A DNA stretch of 63,975 bases, the filler included, from an uncultured Methanosarcinales archaeon (GTDB taxonomy: Archaea; Nanobdellota; Nanobdellia; Woesearchaeales; CAYSVS01), in the NCBI GenBank assembly GCA_964434475.1. It is 21 parts of 21 records of this genome, joined end to end, with 100 filler letters (N's around TTAATTAATTAA, not from the genome) between each part and the next. Parts side by side here need not be neighbours in the genome. Positions count along the whole stretch, not along the records: positions 48,998 to 51,486 come from CAYSVS010000103.1; positions 51,587 to 54,067 come from CAYSVS010000104.1; positions 54,168 to 56,599 come from CAYSVS010000105.1; positions 56,700 to 59,087 come from CAYSVS010000106.1; positions 59,188 to 61,550 come from CAYSVS010000107.1; positions 61,651 to 63,975 come from CAYSVS010000108.1; 15 more parts are not named here. One strand, 5' to 3'. The notes under the pieces are model-generated. The model saw only the letters and a program-made list of their open reading frames with translations. It did not search any database and was not told where the DNA came from. A program made the translations under genes and the position numbers. Each line of letters opens with the position of its first letter. The stretch's first letter is position 1. Shown piece by piece: positions 51,437-61,760 of this stretch.

Positions 51437-51486
51437 ACTGGAGTTGTGCAGATTTAAACTCTAGCCTTGGCTAAACCTCTAAATAT
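51437..51486. repeat. Contig-end repeat B copy
   Basis: Matches 4119-4168. Confidence 0.85.
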
Positions 51487-51586
51487 NNNNNNNNNNNNNN
51501 NNNNNNNNNNNNNNNNNNNNNNNNNNNNNNTTAATTAATTAANNNNNNNNNNNNNNNNNNNNNNNNNNNNNNNNNNNNNNNNNNNN

Positions 51587-51635
51587 TATAAACCAACTTG
51601 ATCAAATAAATTTTGCAGAATTATCGAATTTCACA
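51587..51635. repeat. Contig-end repeat A copy
   Basis: Matches 5-53. Confidence 0.85.
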
Positions 51636-51638
51636 GTT

Positions 51639-51962
51639 TTAGTATGTTCTTAATATGATATCCTTGCCGTAATTGTCTATAAGATGTTTAAGCAATTCTA
51701 ATGATTGCTGGTTTTCAAAAACCCTTTTTTTTGATTCTTTCATTACGCTGTCTGCTCTTTGTGCAAATTGATTCAGCTTTCTTTCAAGAAGATTGTTCTC
51801 GCTTTTTACTCCTTTAAAAAGATCAAGATAGAACTCTCCTACACTTTTGCAGAATTTTGAATAATACAATGCCGCACCATAGAATTCTATATTATATAAT
51901 TTTTCGCTCATTTCAAGTACATATATAGGTCTCATTGAGTTTGGATTGGGTAGTTGCGCCAT
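51639..51962 (-). CDS. Hypothetical protein
   Basis: ATG ORF, no motif. Confidence 0.55.
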   Translation of the reverse strand: MAQLPNPNSMRPIYVLEMSEKLYNIEFYGAALYYSKFCKSVGEFYLDLFKGVKSENNLLERKLNQFAQRADSVMKESKKRVFENQQSLELLKHLIDNYGKDIILRTY

Positions 51963-52036
51963 ATTATTGGTAAGGCATATGTTTTTTTAAATCTTATGCA
52001 GAAACAATTAAATATATCTAACATATTATTTTCAAT

Positions 52037-52246
52037 ATGAGTCCAGAACAGATCAAAAGATTGAGGTCCAAGTCAAAGGATGAACTTATCAAGATTATCA
52101 TAAACCTAGACCAGAAATTGTTCCGTATAATAAAAGATATGTTCAGGGATCAAGCCATAGAAAGCGGCAAAAGCTTAAATGACTTCTTTGCAGAAACTAT
52201 AGAATATAATGATGGACAAGATAAAGAACAAAAAAAATTAGATTAG
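52037..52246 (+). CDS. Small hypothetical protein
   Basis: ATG ORF after AT-rich promoter-like tract. Confidence 0.5.
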   Translation: MSPEQIKRLRSKSKDELIKIIINLDQKLFRIIKDMFRDQAIESGKSLNDFFAETIEYNDGQDKEQKKLD

Positions 52247-52945
52247 ACTAAACAAGATGTTTGTCAAGATTAATGCTAGTATATATGCAAAAGACCCATA
52301 CATTGAATTCTTCCATCCTTCTCCATAGCCATACTTGATAAGTGCAATCATTCCTGCTATCAGCAGTAATATAGCTAAGTATTGATTCACCAAAAATGCA
52401 AGAACATATTCTACAATCTTTATCAATACTGCCAAAAATAAAGCATATCTATAGTATATTTCCTTAAATCCTAATATTTTTGATGATTGCCATAGCACTA
52501 ATGATAATATTGCTATAGATAATAAGGCAAATATAAAAGAGTATTTCTCTTTTGTCTTCTGTGTTAGGCTAATATTTCTAGAATCTGATTTTTTCTCTAC
52601 ATATTTGGTTGTAAAATTATCCTCTATTATATCGTGGTTATTATCCGCATCCCAGCAGTCTATGATTATTCTGTTATATCCTTCTTCAGCATGTGTTGCA
52701 AAATATCCTGCACCAGGGTTGCAGTTCTCTGATTCTAGACAGATGATGGCTTCTCCCTGCTTTCCATAAGTGTGTTTACATCCTATCGTATCTTCAGGAA
52801 CATCATATTCATATTCCATCAAAGGCATCTTGTTACTATATTCAACTATACCTCCTCTTGGATTTCTTTGATAATGAGATATTTCAAATGCTAATGTACT
52901 GCTGACCATAATCATACATAGAATGAATAATGTTGTTTTTTTCAT
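52238..52945 (-). CDS. Membrane protein with signal peptide
   Basis: Signal peptide and several C-terminal TM helices. Confidence 0.72.
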   Translation of the reverse strand: MKKTTLFILCMIMVSSTLAFEISHYQRNPRGGIVEYSNKMPLMEYEYDVPEDTIGCKHTYGKQGEAIICLESENCNPGAGYFATHAEEGYNRIIIDCWDADNNHDIIEDNFTTKYVEKKSDSRNISLTQKTKEKYSFIFALLSIAILSLVLWQSSKILGFKEIYYRYALFLAVLIKIVEYVLAFLVNQYLAILLLIAGMIALIKYGYGEGWKNSMYGSFAYILALILTNILFSLI

Positions 52946-52996
52946 GATAATAACCTCTTTTAAGAATTAAATAAAAAAAAGAATATATAAATATTT

Positions 52997-53932
52997 CTAA
53001 ATTAACTCAATGTCACCCATGCTTGGCGCCCTGTTTTTGTCCTTTACCTTGATGTTTACGACTTGGCTGTCGCTTTCTCCATCGTCATCGGTAACAGTGA
53101 CAGTAACCTTATACTCGCCGGCATCATCGTAATTTGTAGCTTTCTTGTTTGAGTTCATCCAGCCTGAATATGTGTATGTCAATGGATCGTCATCCGGATC
53201 TGTGGCTTTTGCATTTATTACAACATTTACGCCTTCATAAACTTCTATGTCCGGAATAAGCTCCAATACAGGAGGTCTATTGACTTTCAATACTTCAACA
53301 ACAGCTTCTTTTGTAAGTTTGTATTGTCCGTCGCTTACACTTACAGTTATAGGATATCTTCCTCTGTCTCCTATCTTTGTCTGCCATTCTCCATTTTTAT
53401 TCAATGGGTTTGAGAAAGTATATGTCAGTTTATCTCCATCAGGATCTGTGCTTTTTACGTTTAACTTTACAAGCTCTCCTTCATATACTCTAATTAATGA
53501 TTTAGGAGTTGAATTGTTTGTTTCTTTCTCTTCTGCAGTTTCCTTATTTTCTTCTTCTTTCTTAGTCTCTTTATTTTCTGTTTTTTGCTTTTCTTCTTTT
53601 ACTGTTTCTTTTTTCTCTTCTTCAGTTGTCTCTTTCGTTATTTTTTCAAGATTTTCTTGTGTCTTTGTATCTTCATCTATTTCTTTGTTCATATCATCTA
53701 CTATTTCTCTGAGTTTTTCAAACTCTCTGTTGAATTCTTCCCTGTTTTCTCCTTCTTCTTTTATTTCAGTATCTTTTTCAGCTTCTTCAACAGGATAGCA
53801 GATTTTTGTTTCCTCATCACATATCTGCTTTACTTCGTCTTCAGAATTCATATAAGCATAATCAGAAACATTGCATCCTGATAATATCATAATGATAGTA
53901 ATCAATCCGGTTAACACCCATCTTTTTTCCAT
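52997..53932 (-). CDS. Putative lipoprotein with two Ig/cadherin-like repeats
   Basis: ILSGC lipobox-like, Glu/Lys linker, VYEG..TDPDGDKLTY / ATDPDDDPLTY repeats. Confidence 0.8.
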   Translation of the reverse strand: MEKRWVLTGLITIIMILSGCNVSDYAYMNSEDEVKQICDEETKICYPVEEAEKDTEIKEEGENREEFNREFEKLREIVDDMNKEIDEDTKTQENLEKITKETTEEEKKETVKEEKQKTENKETKKEEENKETAEEKETNNSTPKSLIRVYEGELVKLNVKSTDPDGDKLTYTFSNPLNKNGEWQTKIGDRGRYPITVSVSDGQYKLTKEAVVEVLKVNRPPVLELIPDIEVYEGVNVVINAKATDPDDDPLTYTYSGWMNSNKKATNYDDAGEYKVTVTVTDDDGESDSQVVNIKVKDKNRAPSMGDIELI

Positions 53933-54167
53933 TATTACCCCTCCATAAAAATAATATTTAGTTAGTATTCAAGAATAACAACTGGTATATAAAGTTTTTG
54001 ATAGCCTAATTTATATGTACGATTTGAAAATTCTTGCAATTTCTATATTTATTAATTTTGCAATATTNNNNNNNNNNNNNNNNNNNNNNNNNNNNNNNNN
54101 NNNNNNNNNNNTTAATTAATTAANNNNNNNNNNNNNNNNNNNNNNNNNNNNNNNNNNNNNNNNNNNN

Positions 54168-56053
54168 GATATGTTGCAACGTTTCGTTCAGTTCCGCGGC
54201 TTTGTCCAGCAAGCCTTGCAGCCCGGCGGTTTCATAGCTGTCTTCGGCAGAGGGTTCTTGGCCGTACCATTCCACGATGAATGCATCGATACCCACCGAC
54301 CAGGCGGTCAGGATGTCGTATTCCCAGACGCGTTCCCGTTGCGAATCAAACTGACCAAAAATGCTGCTGTCGGTGATGCCGCCCTTGTTGGCCGCGTCCC
54401 AGTGACGATTGGCTTGATTATTATCAGCATCGCCGTACCAGGGCGTGTACCAGGCGAACAGCTCGCGCTCGACGCCGATCTCGTCATCGAGTTCCTGATC
54501 GCGGGAATAGGCGTAACCAAAATCGGCCCAGTTCACGGAATTCTGTCCGCTCATCTGCAGGGTGTAATCTGCATTGGAAGAAGTCAACGCATAGTGCGCG
54601 GGCAGTGTGGTTGCATCCACCACCACTTTAAATTCGCCCTGCGGCACGTTTTTAAAGAGATAGCGGCCGTTTTCGTCGGTTTGGGCTTTGGCGACCTGAT
54701 TGCCGTTGGCATCCAGCAAGCGCAAGACAACGCCGGGAATCGGCGGTTCGTTCGCATCCTGTTTGCCATCCTCGTTCAGATCATTCCAGATATAATCGCC
54801 GATGGAACTGATGTGGCGCATGTAACCGAAATTCACATCCTCGCGATGTTCTTCCGGTTCCAGGTTGACGCCGATCTGATCCGACGCGGTGGTCAGCCAG
54901 TAATCTTCCCAAACGGTTGTCGGATCAACCGCCACGGTCCACGGATAACGGGCGCGGACATTGGTGAATTGATACGTGCCGTTGCCGGCGGTTTGGGTCG
55001 TTTCCACCACATTGCCATCCTTGTCGAGCAAATTAATGACGACATTGGGCATCGGATTTTCTTGGCTTGCCTTGACGCCGTCTTCATTGTTATCGATCCA
55101 CACCAGGCCGCTGATCTGACCGGGATTCGGCGCATAGCCAAAGTCCGCGTCTTTATAATCCTGACCGGCAACCAGCGTCACGGTATAAACCTCCGTCGGC
55201 GTGGTGCGGTGATGTTTCGGTTCAATGGTCGACAAATCCACCTCGACCTTGTAGACGCCGGGCAGCAAGTCGCCAAACTCGTACAAGCCGCTCGCATCGG
55301 TTGTCGTCGTGGTGATCAACTGATCATTCTGATCCAGCAACCGCACTGTAACATTTTCGGCCGGGTAATCATCGTTGTTGAACACCCCGTCTTCATCCAT
55401 ATCGTACCAGACAAAGTCGCCAATGGATGCGGGTTTGGGCGCATAGCCGAAATCGGCATCCAGATAATCCGTCAACGGCTGCAACTGCACCTGAATGGTG
55501 TTTTGCCCCGGCGAGGTGCGTTCCCAATTTGCCGGGATGCTCGTTTCATCCACCTCGACAACATAGGTTGCAGGATACAGCCCCGGGAACTCGTAAGAGC
55601 CGTCCGGCTGCGTTGTGGTGGTGGCGATGGTCGAGCCGTCTTTTTTCAAATTGACGGTAATACCGCCGAGACCGGTTTCAGTCGGGTCCTGATCGCCTTC
55701 CCAATCGAGATCCTGCCAGACATAATCGCCGATTTTCGACGGTTCCGGTTGATAACCGAAATCGGCATCTTGAAAAACTTCTTCCTTGGCCAAATTGACG
55801 GTCAGAGGATCGTTGGCCGTGGTGAGGTTGTACTGCGCCGGAACGGTCGCATCCACCACGTTCACCGTGTAGGTCCCCTCTTTCAAGCCGTCAAAGATCG
55901 GATAATAACCGTCCGAATCTGTTGTATGAGTATCGACAACCTGACCCTGATCATTCAGCAGTTGAACCTGAACATTCACCAGACCGGGTTCATCCGGGTC
56001 CTGAACACCGTCGCCGTTATAATCGGCCCAAACACGGTCACCGATGCTGCCGG
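54168..56053 (-). CDS. Large bacterial surface protein fragment: SdrD B-like repeats followed by a GH99/GH71-like glycoside hydrolase domain
   Basis: Repeated IGDYVWxDxxxDG...DADFGY; AWYTPWYG..HW..FDS..GIDAFIVEWYG; high GC. Confidence 0.8.
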
Positions 56054-56063
56054 NNNNNNNNNN

Positions 56064-56599
56064 TATCGGGACCTGCCGGAGTTCATCACCACGGCCATGC
56101 TGCCGGTGTTCACCACCGTAATCTCGGTATCATCCTGGTCATCTTCTGAGGGTTCATCATTGTTCGGGGTCGAGTCGCTGTCGTATTCGTTGGTGACAAC
56201 CACCTCGGCCTCGTTTGTAAACGTGCCTTTGGTGTTGGCAACGGCTTGAATATTCAACGTTGCGTCGGCGCCGTTTGCCAGACTGCCAACCGTCCAGATG
56301 TTGGTGTTTGTATCATAAGCGCCGTCGGAAGACGAGAACGTAAACTGCGACGGCAGTACATCCTCAACCTGAACATTGGTGGCGCCATCCGGGCCGGCGT
56401 TGCTGACGGTGATGGTAAAGGTTACCGTATCGCCGACGTAAACTTGACCGGGGCTGCCGGTCTTTTCAAGCGACACATCGACAACGCCAACCTGCACCGA
56501 GGCGTCATCCTGATCGTCTTCTTGAGGCACGTTATTATTCGGCGTCGAATCGATATCGGCCTCATCACAGGCCGTAACCTCGGCGGGGTTGGTGAGAGT
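56064..56599 (-). CDS. DUF11-type repeats, probably upstream part of the same surface protein (internal 10-N gap)
   Basis: DVSLEKT..VTFTITVSNAGPDGATNVQVEDVLP, DSDSTPNN. Confidence 0.75.
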
Positions 56600-56699
56600 N
56601 NNNNNNNNNNNNNNNNNNNNNNNNNNNNNNNNNNNNNNNNNNNTTAATTAATTAANNNNNNNNNNNNNNNNNNNNNNNNNNNNNNNNNNNNNNNNNNNN

Positions 56700-56749
56700 A
56701 TATTTAGAGGTTTAGCCAAGGCTAGAGTTTAAATCTGCACAACTCCAGT
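56700..56749. repeat. Contig-end repeat B copy (reverse)
   Basis: Reverse complement of 4119-4168. Confidence 0.85.
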
Positions 56750-56770
56750 TATTACTCTTATGATGTTATT

Positions 56771-57727
56771 CTATTTTTTTATCTGTTTTAACAATTCTTT
56801 CCATGTAAGAAGGAGGTTCTTAGCACCCATATGCTTTATTATAGATTCAGAATTAATCTGTGCAATTTTCATGCTGTCCTCTATGTTTCTGCCTTTGATC
56901 AATGCTCCTATGAAAGTTGACGCAAATGCATCTCCTGCTCCTGTTGTTTCCACTATCTTTACTTTGTGCGGTTTTGAATGAAATATATCTATGCCATCAA
57001 AAGCCCATGCACCTTTTTTTCCATCTGTGACGACAACAATCCTTGGCCCTAATGCCCATAATTTTTTTGCAAGCTCATCTATCTTTTTTCCTTTTACTAA
57101 ATAGCCTGCTTCTTCTTTGTTTAATATAAGAACATCTACGCAGTCAATAATTTTTTTCAAATGCTTATATCCTTTTTTTGCAATATAGCTGCTTGGATTG
57201 AAAGCAAGATTAATTTTGTTATCTTTTGCAAACTTTGCTAACTTTTTGCTTTCTTTGAACGATCTGCCTGTAAAAGAAGTTAGATAAATCCATCTTGTTT
57301 TTTTCAGCTTTTTTTTGTTTAACTCATTAAATTTAAAATCCTCATTCAATCCTTTATATGCGAGAATTGTCCTGTCTGTTTTATCAGCATCCAGTATTAT
57401 AGAAAATCCTGCTTTGCCTTTTTTTGATTTTACAGCTAAACTTGTATCTATCTTTTCTTTCTTTAATTGCTTTAATATCCTTTCAGAATTATCGCAGCAG
57501 CTTAATTTTCCGACAAACGCTGTCTTTAAACCTAGCCTTGAGAAACAAACAGCCGTATTTGTTCCTCCTCCGCCTGTATCAAAATCGATCTTATGTATGA
57601 GTATCTTTGAACCTATAGGAAAGTGATATTCTCTTTTTTTGACAAACTCTTTTGTTGTGTGTGCAAAAGCGTCTAATGTTGCGCTACCTACACTTATGAC
57701 ATCATACATTTTATCCCCTTTTTTCAT
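56771..57727 (-). CDS. PfkB-family carbohydrate/nucleoside kinase
   Basis: GGGGTNTAV, LNKEEA, VTDGKKGA, ETTGAGDAF. Confidence 0.93.
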   Translation of the reverse strand: MKKGDKMYDVISVGSATLDAFAHTTKEFVKKREYHFPIGSKILIHKIDFDTGGGGTNTAVCFSRLGLKTAFVGKLSCCDNSERILKQLKKEKIDTSLAVKSKKGKAGFSIILDADKTDRTILAYKGLNEDFKFNELNKKKLKKTRWIYLTSFTGRSFKESKKLAKFAKDNKINLAFNPSSYIAKKGYKHLKKIIDCVDVLILNKEEAGYLVKGKKIDELAKKLWALGPRIVVVTDGKKGAWAFDGIDIFHSKPHKVKIVETTGAGDAFASTFIGALIKGRNIEDSMKIAQINSESIIKHMGAKNLLLTWKELLKQIKK

Positions 57728-57804
57728 TAACTTTATTTTTTTATTATTTAAATTTACCTAATCACGAAACTTTTATATACTTAATTCTATACATTTTATC
57801 TGTT

Positions 57805-59004
57805 ATGTATAAAAAAAGAGGTCAGATTACTGTTTTTATGATAGTTGGCATTATCTTAGTTATTGCAGCAGCTATTACAATATATGTAAGGGAAAGTTCT
57901 ACAAAAACAACAATGGATGCAAGTGTTGAAAGTATAATGTTCTCTACTCAGGTGCAGCCCATAAGATATTATGTCAGCAGTTGTCTGGATCTTGTGCTTA
58001 ATGAAGGATTAAGAAGATTAGGTGAAGGAGGAGGAGTTATTTATCCTCCTAGATATAACATAGAATATCAGACAACAGAAAATTCTTACTATACTTATTT
58101 TTACAAGAAAAACTTTTATGATTCAACTCCTATACAAAACATCTTGCCGCCTCTTGAAGAAGGAAACATGAATATGAAAGACCAATTGAAAACATTTATC
58201 CTTGAGGATGATGCAAGAAGATTAAGAGAATGCTTGGATGGATTTGTTTTTTTTGAAAAAAGAGGCTTGGATATAAACAAAGGAGATATTTCAGTGAATG
58301 TAAATATACTTGAGGATGGTGTTGCTGCAGATTTAGTCTTTCCATTGCTGATACAGCATGAAGGAAAGACAGCTTTGATATCTAAATTCAGTGCATTGTC
58401 TCCTGTCAAGCTAAGGAAGATACGTCAGCAGGCTGAAGAAATTGTTGATAATGTAAAGGAATGTGAAGAAACTATCTATGATGAACTTCTGAAGTCTGTA
58501 AATAGCTGTGGTACTGTTGCGGCTGATGAACAGCTTATTGAAGATACCTGTAAATTTGATGGCAGTACATCTGGCTTTTTCTCAACAATAGGAAACGGAT
58601 TATCAGATGGGTATTCAGATATGGCAGATACATTTAGAAATATTCCTGGTATAGATCCAGAGGATAGAGCAAATCTAGATGAATTATATGATATTTTGGA
58701 TGAAGAATCAGTTTATGGAGATGTCACAGCTTCAAACGATATTTCATTAGTTGATCAGCTTTATTTTAACTACGATGTCTTTGCTTATAACCATACACTT
58801 TGGACTTTGTCAGCAACATTTTGTAAAGAGTTTGATTGGCCTATAGGTAAGAAATGCAAACATATTTTTAAGACAACACCTGTCGGTTATCTGTTCTTGC
58901 ACAAGATTGAAGATACTTACCAAAAATCATCTCCTTATAAGTTTAAATTCGCAACAAGAAGAAATTATGATATAATTCTTGAAGGCGAGATAAACTGTAA
59001 TTGA
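57805..59004 (+). CDS. Protein with archaeal class III (pilin-like) signal peptide
   Basis: KKRG|QITVFMIVGIILV, YVSSCL. Confidence 0.78.
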   Translation: MYKKRGQITVFMIVGIILVIAAAITIYVRESSTKTTMDASVESIMFSTQVQPIRYYVSSCLDLVLNEGLRRLGEGGGVIYPPRYNIEYQTTENSYYTYFYKKNFYDSTPIQNILPPLEEGNMNMKDQLKTFILEDDARRLRECLDGFVFFEKRGLDINKGDISVNVNILEDGVAADLVFPLLIQHEGKTALISKFSALSPVKLRKIRQQAEEIVDNVKECEETIYDELLKSVNSCGTVAADEQLIEDTCKFDGSTSGFFSTIGNGLSDGYSDMADTFRNIPGIDPEDRANLDELYDILDEESVYGDVTASNDISLVDQLYFNYDVFAYNHTLWTLSATFCKEFDWPIGKKCKHIFKTTPVGYLFLHKIEDTYQKSSPYKFKFATRRNYDIILEGEINCN

Positions 59005-59039
59005 TTTTTGATAATATGTTGTATATTTAGCTTTCTTTT

Positions 59040-59087
59040 TGTGAAATTCGATAATTCTGCAAAATTTATTTGATCAAGTTGGTTTAT
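59040..59087. repeat. Contig-end repeat A copy (reverse)
   Basis: Reverse complement of repeat A. Confidence 0.85.
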
Positions 59088-59199
59088 NNNNNNNNNNNNN
59101 NNNNNNNNNNNNNNNNNNNNNNNNNNNNNNNTTAATTAATTAANNNNNNNNNNNNNNNNNNNNNNNNNNNNNNNNNNNNNNNNNNNNGTTAAAAAAATA

Positions 59200-59961
59200 T
59201 TAGTTTTTATGACCTCCTTTCTTGAGTTCTTTTGCTCTGTAACTTGGGCCCTTTATATTGATAATACTAGAGTGGTGTACTATACGATCCAGAATGGCAG
59301 TAGCCAAAATATTATCAGCAAAAATATCTGACCATTGTTCAAAGGATTTGTTTGTAGTTATTATGACAGAGCCTTGCTCATAACGTTTTGATATTATCTC
59401 AAAGAAATCATCAGCGCTATAATCAGGCAATTTTTTAAAACCCAGTTCATCCATAATTAAAAGCTCTGGACCTAAATAGTGGTTTACCTTTTGATAATAG
59501 CTATTGTCTGCCTTTGCTGTATTTAAATTTCGCAGCATTTCTGATACTGATGTAAATAAAACCTTATAACCTTTCTTCAACGCCTGAATGCCTATTGCAG
59601 CGGACAAGTGCGTCTTTCCTGTGCCAGGATTTCCTATAAAGACAATATTCTTCCGCTCTTTTATAAAATTACAAGTAAGGTAATCATTTATATCTCGCTT
59701 GTTAATCGTAGGTTGAAATGAAAAATCAAAATCTTCTATTGTTTTATGTGCTGGTATTTTTGCCTTAGAATATCTTTTTTTATAACTATTATCTCTGCGA
59801 TTATTTGTTTCATCTTCTAATAATAGTTCCAAAAACTCCCTGTATGATACACTCTTGTCCTTGGCAAAACTAAGCCTTTCTTCTACTGAATTATATATCC
59901 CTGAAAGCTTAAATTCTCTTAATCTATTCATTAATTGATTGCTCATCTTTAATTCCTCCAT
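59200..59961 (-). CDS. istB: IS21-family helper ATPase
   Basis: FDFSFQP, GNPGTGKTHL, LIMDELG, ITTNK, AILDRIVHH, GPSYR. Confidence 0.95.
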   Translation of the reverse strand: MEELKMSNQLMNRLREFKLSGIYNSVEERLSFAKDKSVSYREFLELLLEDETNNRRDNSYKKRYSKAKIPAHKTIEDFDFSFQPTINKRDINDYLTCNFIKERKNIVFIGNPGTGKTHLSAAIGIQALKKGYKVLFTSVSEMLRNLNTAKADNSYYQKVNHYLGPELLIMDELGFKKLPDYSADDFFEIISKRYEQGSVIITTNKSFEQWSDIFADNILATAILDRIVHHSSIINIKGPSYRAKELKKGGHKN

Positions 59962-61356
59962 TTAGTTCATATTAAATTCAACAGGTAAATTATAACTGCC
60001 ATTACCGCATATATTCCTGATAATACTATATTGGTGAACGTTGTAAGCTAAAGCCCTCTTACATGCCAAATTTATTACGTTATCCGGATAGCTCCTTTTT
60101 AATGACAATATTCCTTGAACTATCCTGCCCCAAAATTGTGGCTCAGTTTCTACAATAAAGAAAAACATCTGTTCTGCATAATTACCCACCTCTGCCATCT
60201 TGGCTTGATATCTCTCCTGATACTCCGTTTCTGAGTATCTTTTATAGCTTGGATAGTGATGTTCTTTTGTACTAAATTCTCCTCGTCCTTTTATAACTCC
60301 ATGCAGCGCTATCTCTTTTCCTTCATAGAATATTTTTAAAATATTTTTCCCAAGTTCTATCTCTACTTCTTTTCCTACATATTCAAATGGCACTGAATAA
60401 TAATTATAATCTACATAGATATGACAATCATGATAAACCTTGCGTGTTCCTACTTTTGACATATTGTATTCTTTTTCCGGTAGTGCTATTAATTTTTCTT
60501 TCTCCTCGCTTCTAAATATTTTTTTTGGTATCTTTCTAGTAGTTCCGTGAATGCGACAGTTGCAGATATTGTCTGTCCAGTGAAAAAGCCTTTTCTCTAC
60601 GTCATGACCGTCTTTAAACTTTCGGCCTGAGAAAAAATTACCTTTTACGTATTTTATTCCAGATTCAACTTTACCCTTGTCATTTGGCATTCTTACTCGA
60701 CATGGAATAGGACTAAATCCGTAATACTCTGAAAAGCTCTTGTATAACTGCTGATATACTGGCTCATAGAAGTTTGCTTCTAATATTGCTGCTTTTAAAT
60801 TGTCTATCTTCACATATTTAGGTACTCCTCCAAAATATCTGAACGCATTAATATGACACTGAATAAATGTCTCTACTCGCTGATCATACACCTTCTCATA
60901 GTAATCCATTCTGGAATAAGATAAGCGCATATTGAATACCCAAGTCTTCCGTTTCTTGCCGTTATTATCAGGTGTTAATCCCACATAACCAAAATCAACC
61001 TGAGCTTCTTCGCCGGGTAATGTATGTATCCTTACAAATATATCTTCCCGCTTCCTGATATCTGAAAGATAGTTTTTTACTGTTGAATATCCCACGGGCA
61101 TCCCTTTTGATTTTAGCTTTTCAAATATACGCACTCCGCTTAATCCATTCTCCAGCCATTCCAATATGTTTTCTCTATATATATCCAGAATACGTGGATG
61201 AGGCTTCTTCTCAGGCCGCTCCCTGCCGTTTTCTATCTCTTTTATTGCTTTTGACACCGTCTTCCAGTCATGGCCTGTCATACGAGAGATCATGCTCTTA
61301 TTCTTGTACCGCTCCCATAATGTCTTTATTGTTGTATACATTGCTACTCCTAACAT
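59962..61356 (-). CDS. istA: IS21-family transposase
   Basis: PGEEAQVDFG, FGGVP..DNLK, KGKVE, RIHGTT, YSVP. Confidence 0.95.
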   Translation of the reverse strand: MLGVAMYTTIKTLWERYKNKSMISRMTGHDWKTVSKAIKEIENGRERPEKKPHPRILDIYRENILEWLENGLSGVRIFEKLKSKGMPVGYSTVKNYLSDIRKREDIFVRIHTLPGEEAQVDFGYVGLTPDNNGKKRKTWVFNMRLSYSRMDYYEKVYDQRVETFIQCHINAFRYFGGVPKYVKIDNLKAAILEANFYEPVYQQLYKSFSEYYGFSPIPCRVRMPNDKGKVESGIKYVKGNFFSGRKFKDGHDVEKRLFHWTDNICNCRIHGTTRKIPKKIFRSEEKEKLIALPEKEYNMSKVGTRKVYHDCHIYVDYNYYSVPFEYVGKEVEIELGKNILKIFYEGKEIALHGVIKGRGEFSTKEHHYPSYKRYSETEYQERYQAKMAEVGNYAEQMFFFIVETEPQFWGRIVQGILSLKRSYPDNVINLACKRALAYNVHQYSIIRNICGNGSYNLPVEFNMN

Positions 61357-61500
61357 TTGAACCTCCTTGGTAATCTTTTTCTTCTTATCGCTCTATTACC
61401 CCTGAAGGTTGCTTAATTGTTAGCCTTTTTTACCTCTATTATCTGCTTGATTTACTACCTAAATCAATGCCTATATTAACTTGCCTTTTCTCTTATTTGC

Positions 61501-61547
61501 CTATGGAATTTTCTCTGGCCTTGTCTATGGAGTTTATTCTAGCCTTG
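61501..61547. repeat. Two 23-bp imperfect direct repeats, probable IS21 subterminal repeats
   Basis: CTATGGAATTTTCTCTGGCCTTG and CTATGGAGTTTATTCTAGCCTTG upstream of istA. Confidence 0.65.
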
Positions 61548-61760
61548 AGGNNNNNNNNNNNNNNNNNNNNNNNNNNNNNNNNNNNNNNNNNNNNTTAATT
61601 AATTAANNNNNNNNNNNNNNNNNNNNNNNNNNNNNNNNNNNNNNNNNNNNTTGGGTTCGACTTCATTAATTTGAGCTATACCAATAGTGTTCCGGCAGCT
61701 AGTTTGTCTAATAGTAGTGATAGTCTGGTGTTTGATAAATACAGACAGGAAATTGTTTAT

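Noticed and set aside
54171..56249. 692-aa plus-strand ORF
   Set aside because: Antisense shadow of the GC-rich minus-strand surface protein; no protein motifs.
1..59087. Repeats A/B/C as CRISPR repeats
   Set aside because: Single ~50-bp copies at contig edges, not a repeat-spacer array; no cas genes seen.
61525..61547. Similarity of IS21 subterminal repeat (TCTAGCCTTG) to repeat B
   Set aside because: Only ~10 bp shared, and repeat B lacks the TG terminus expected of IS21.
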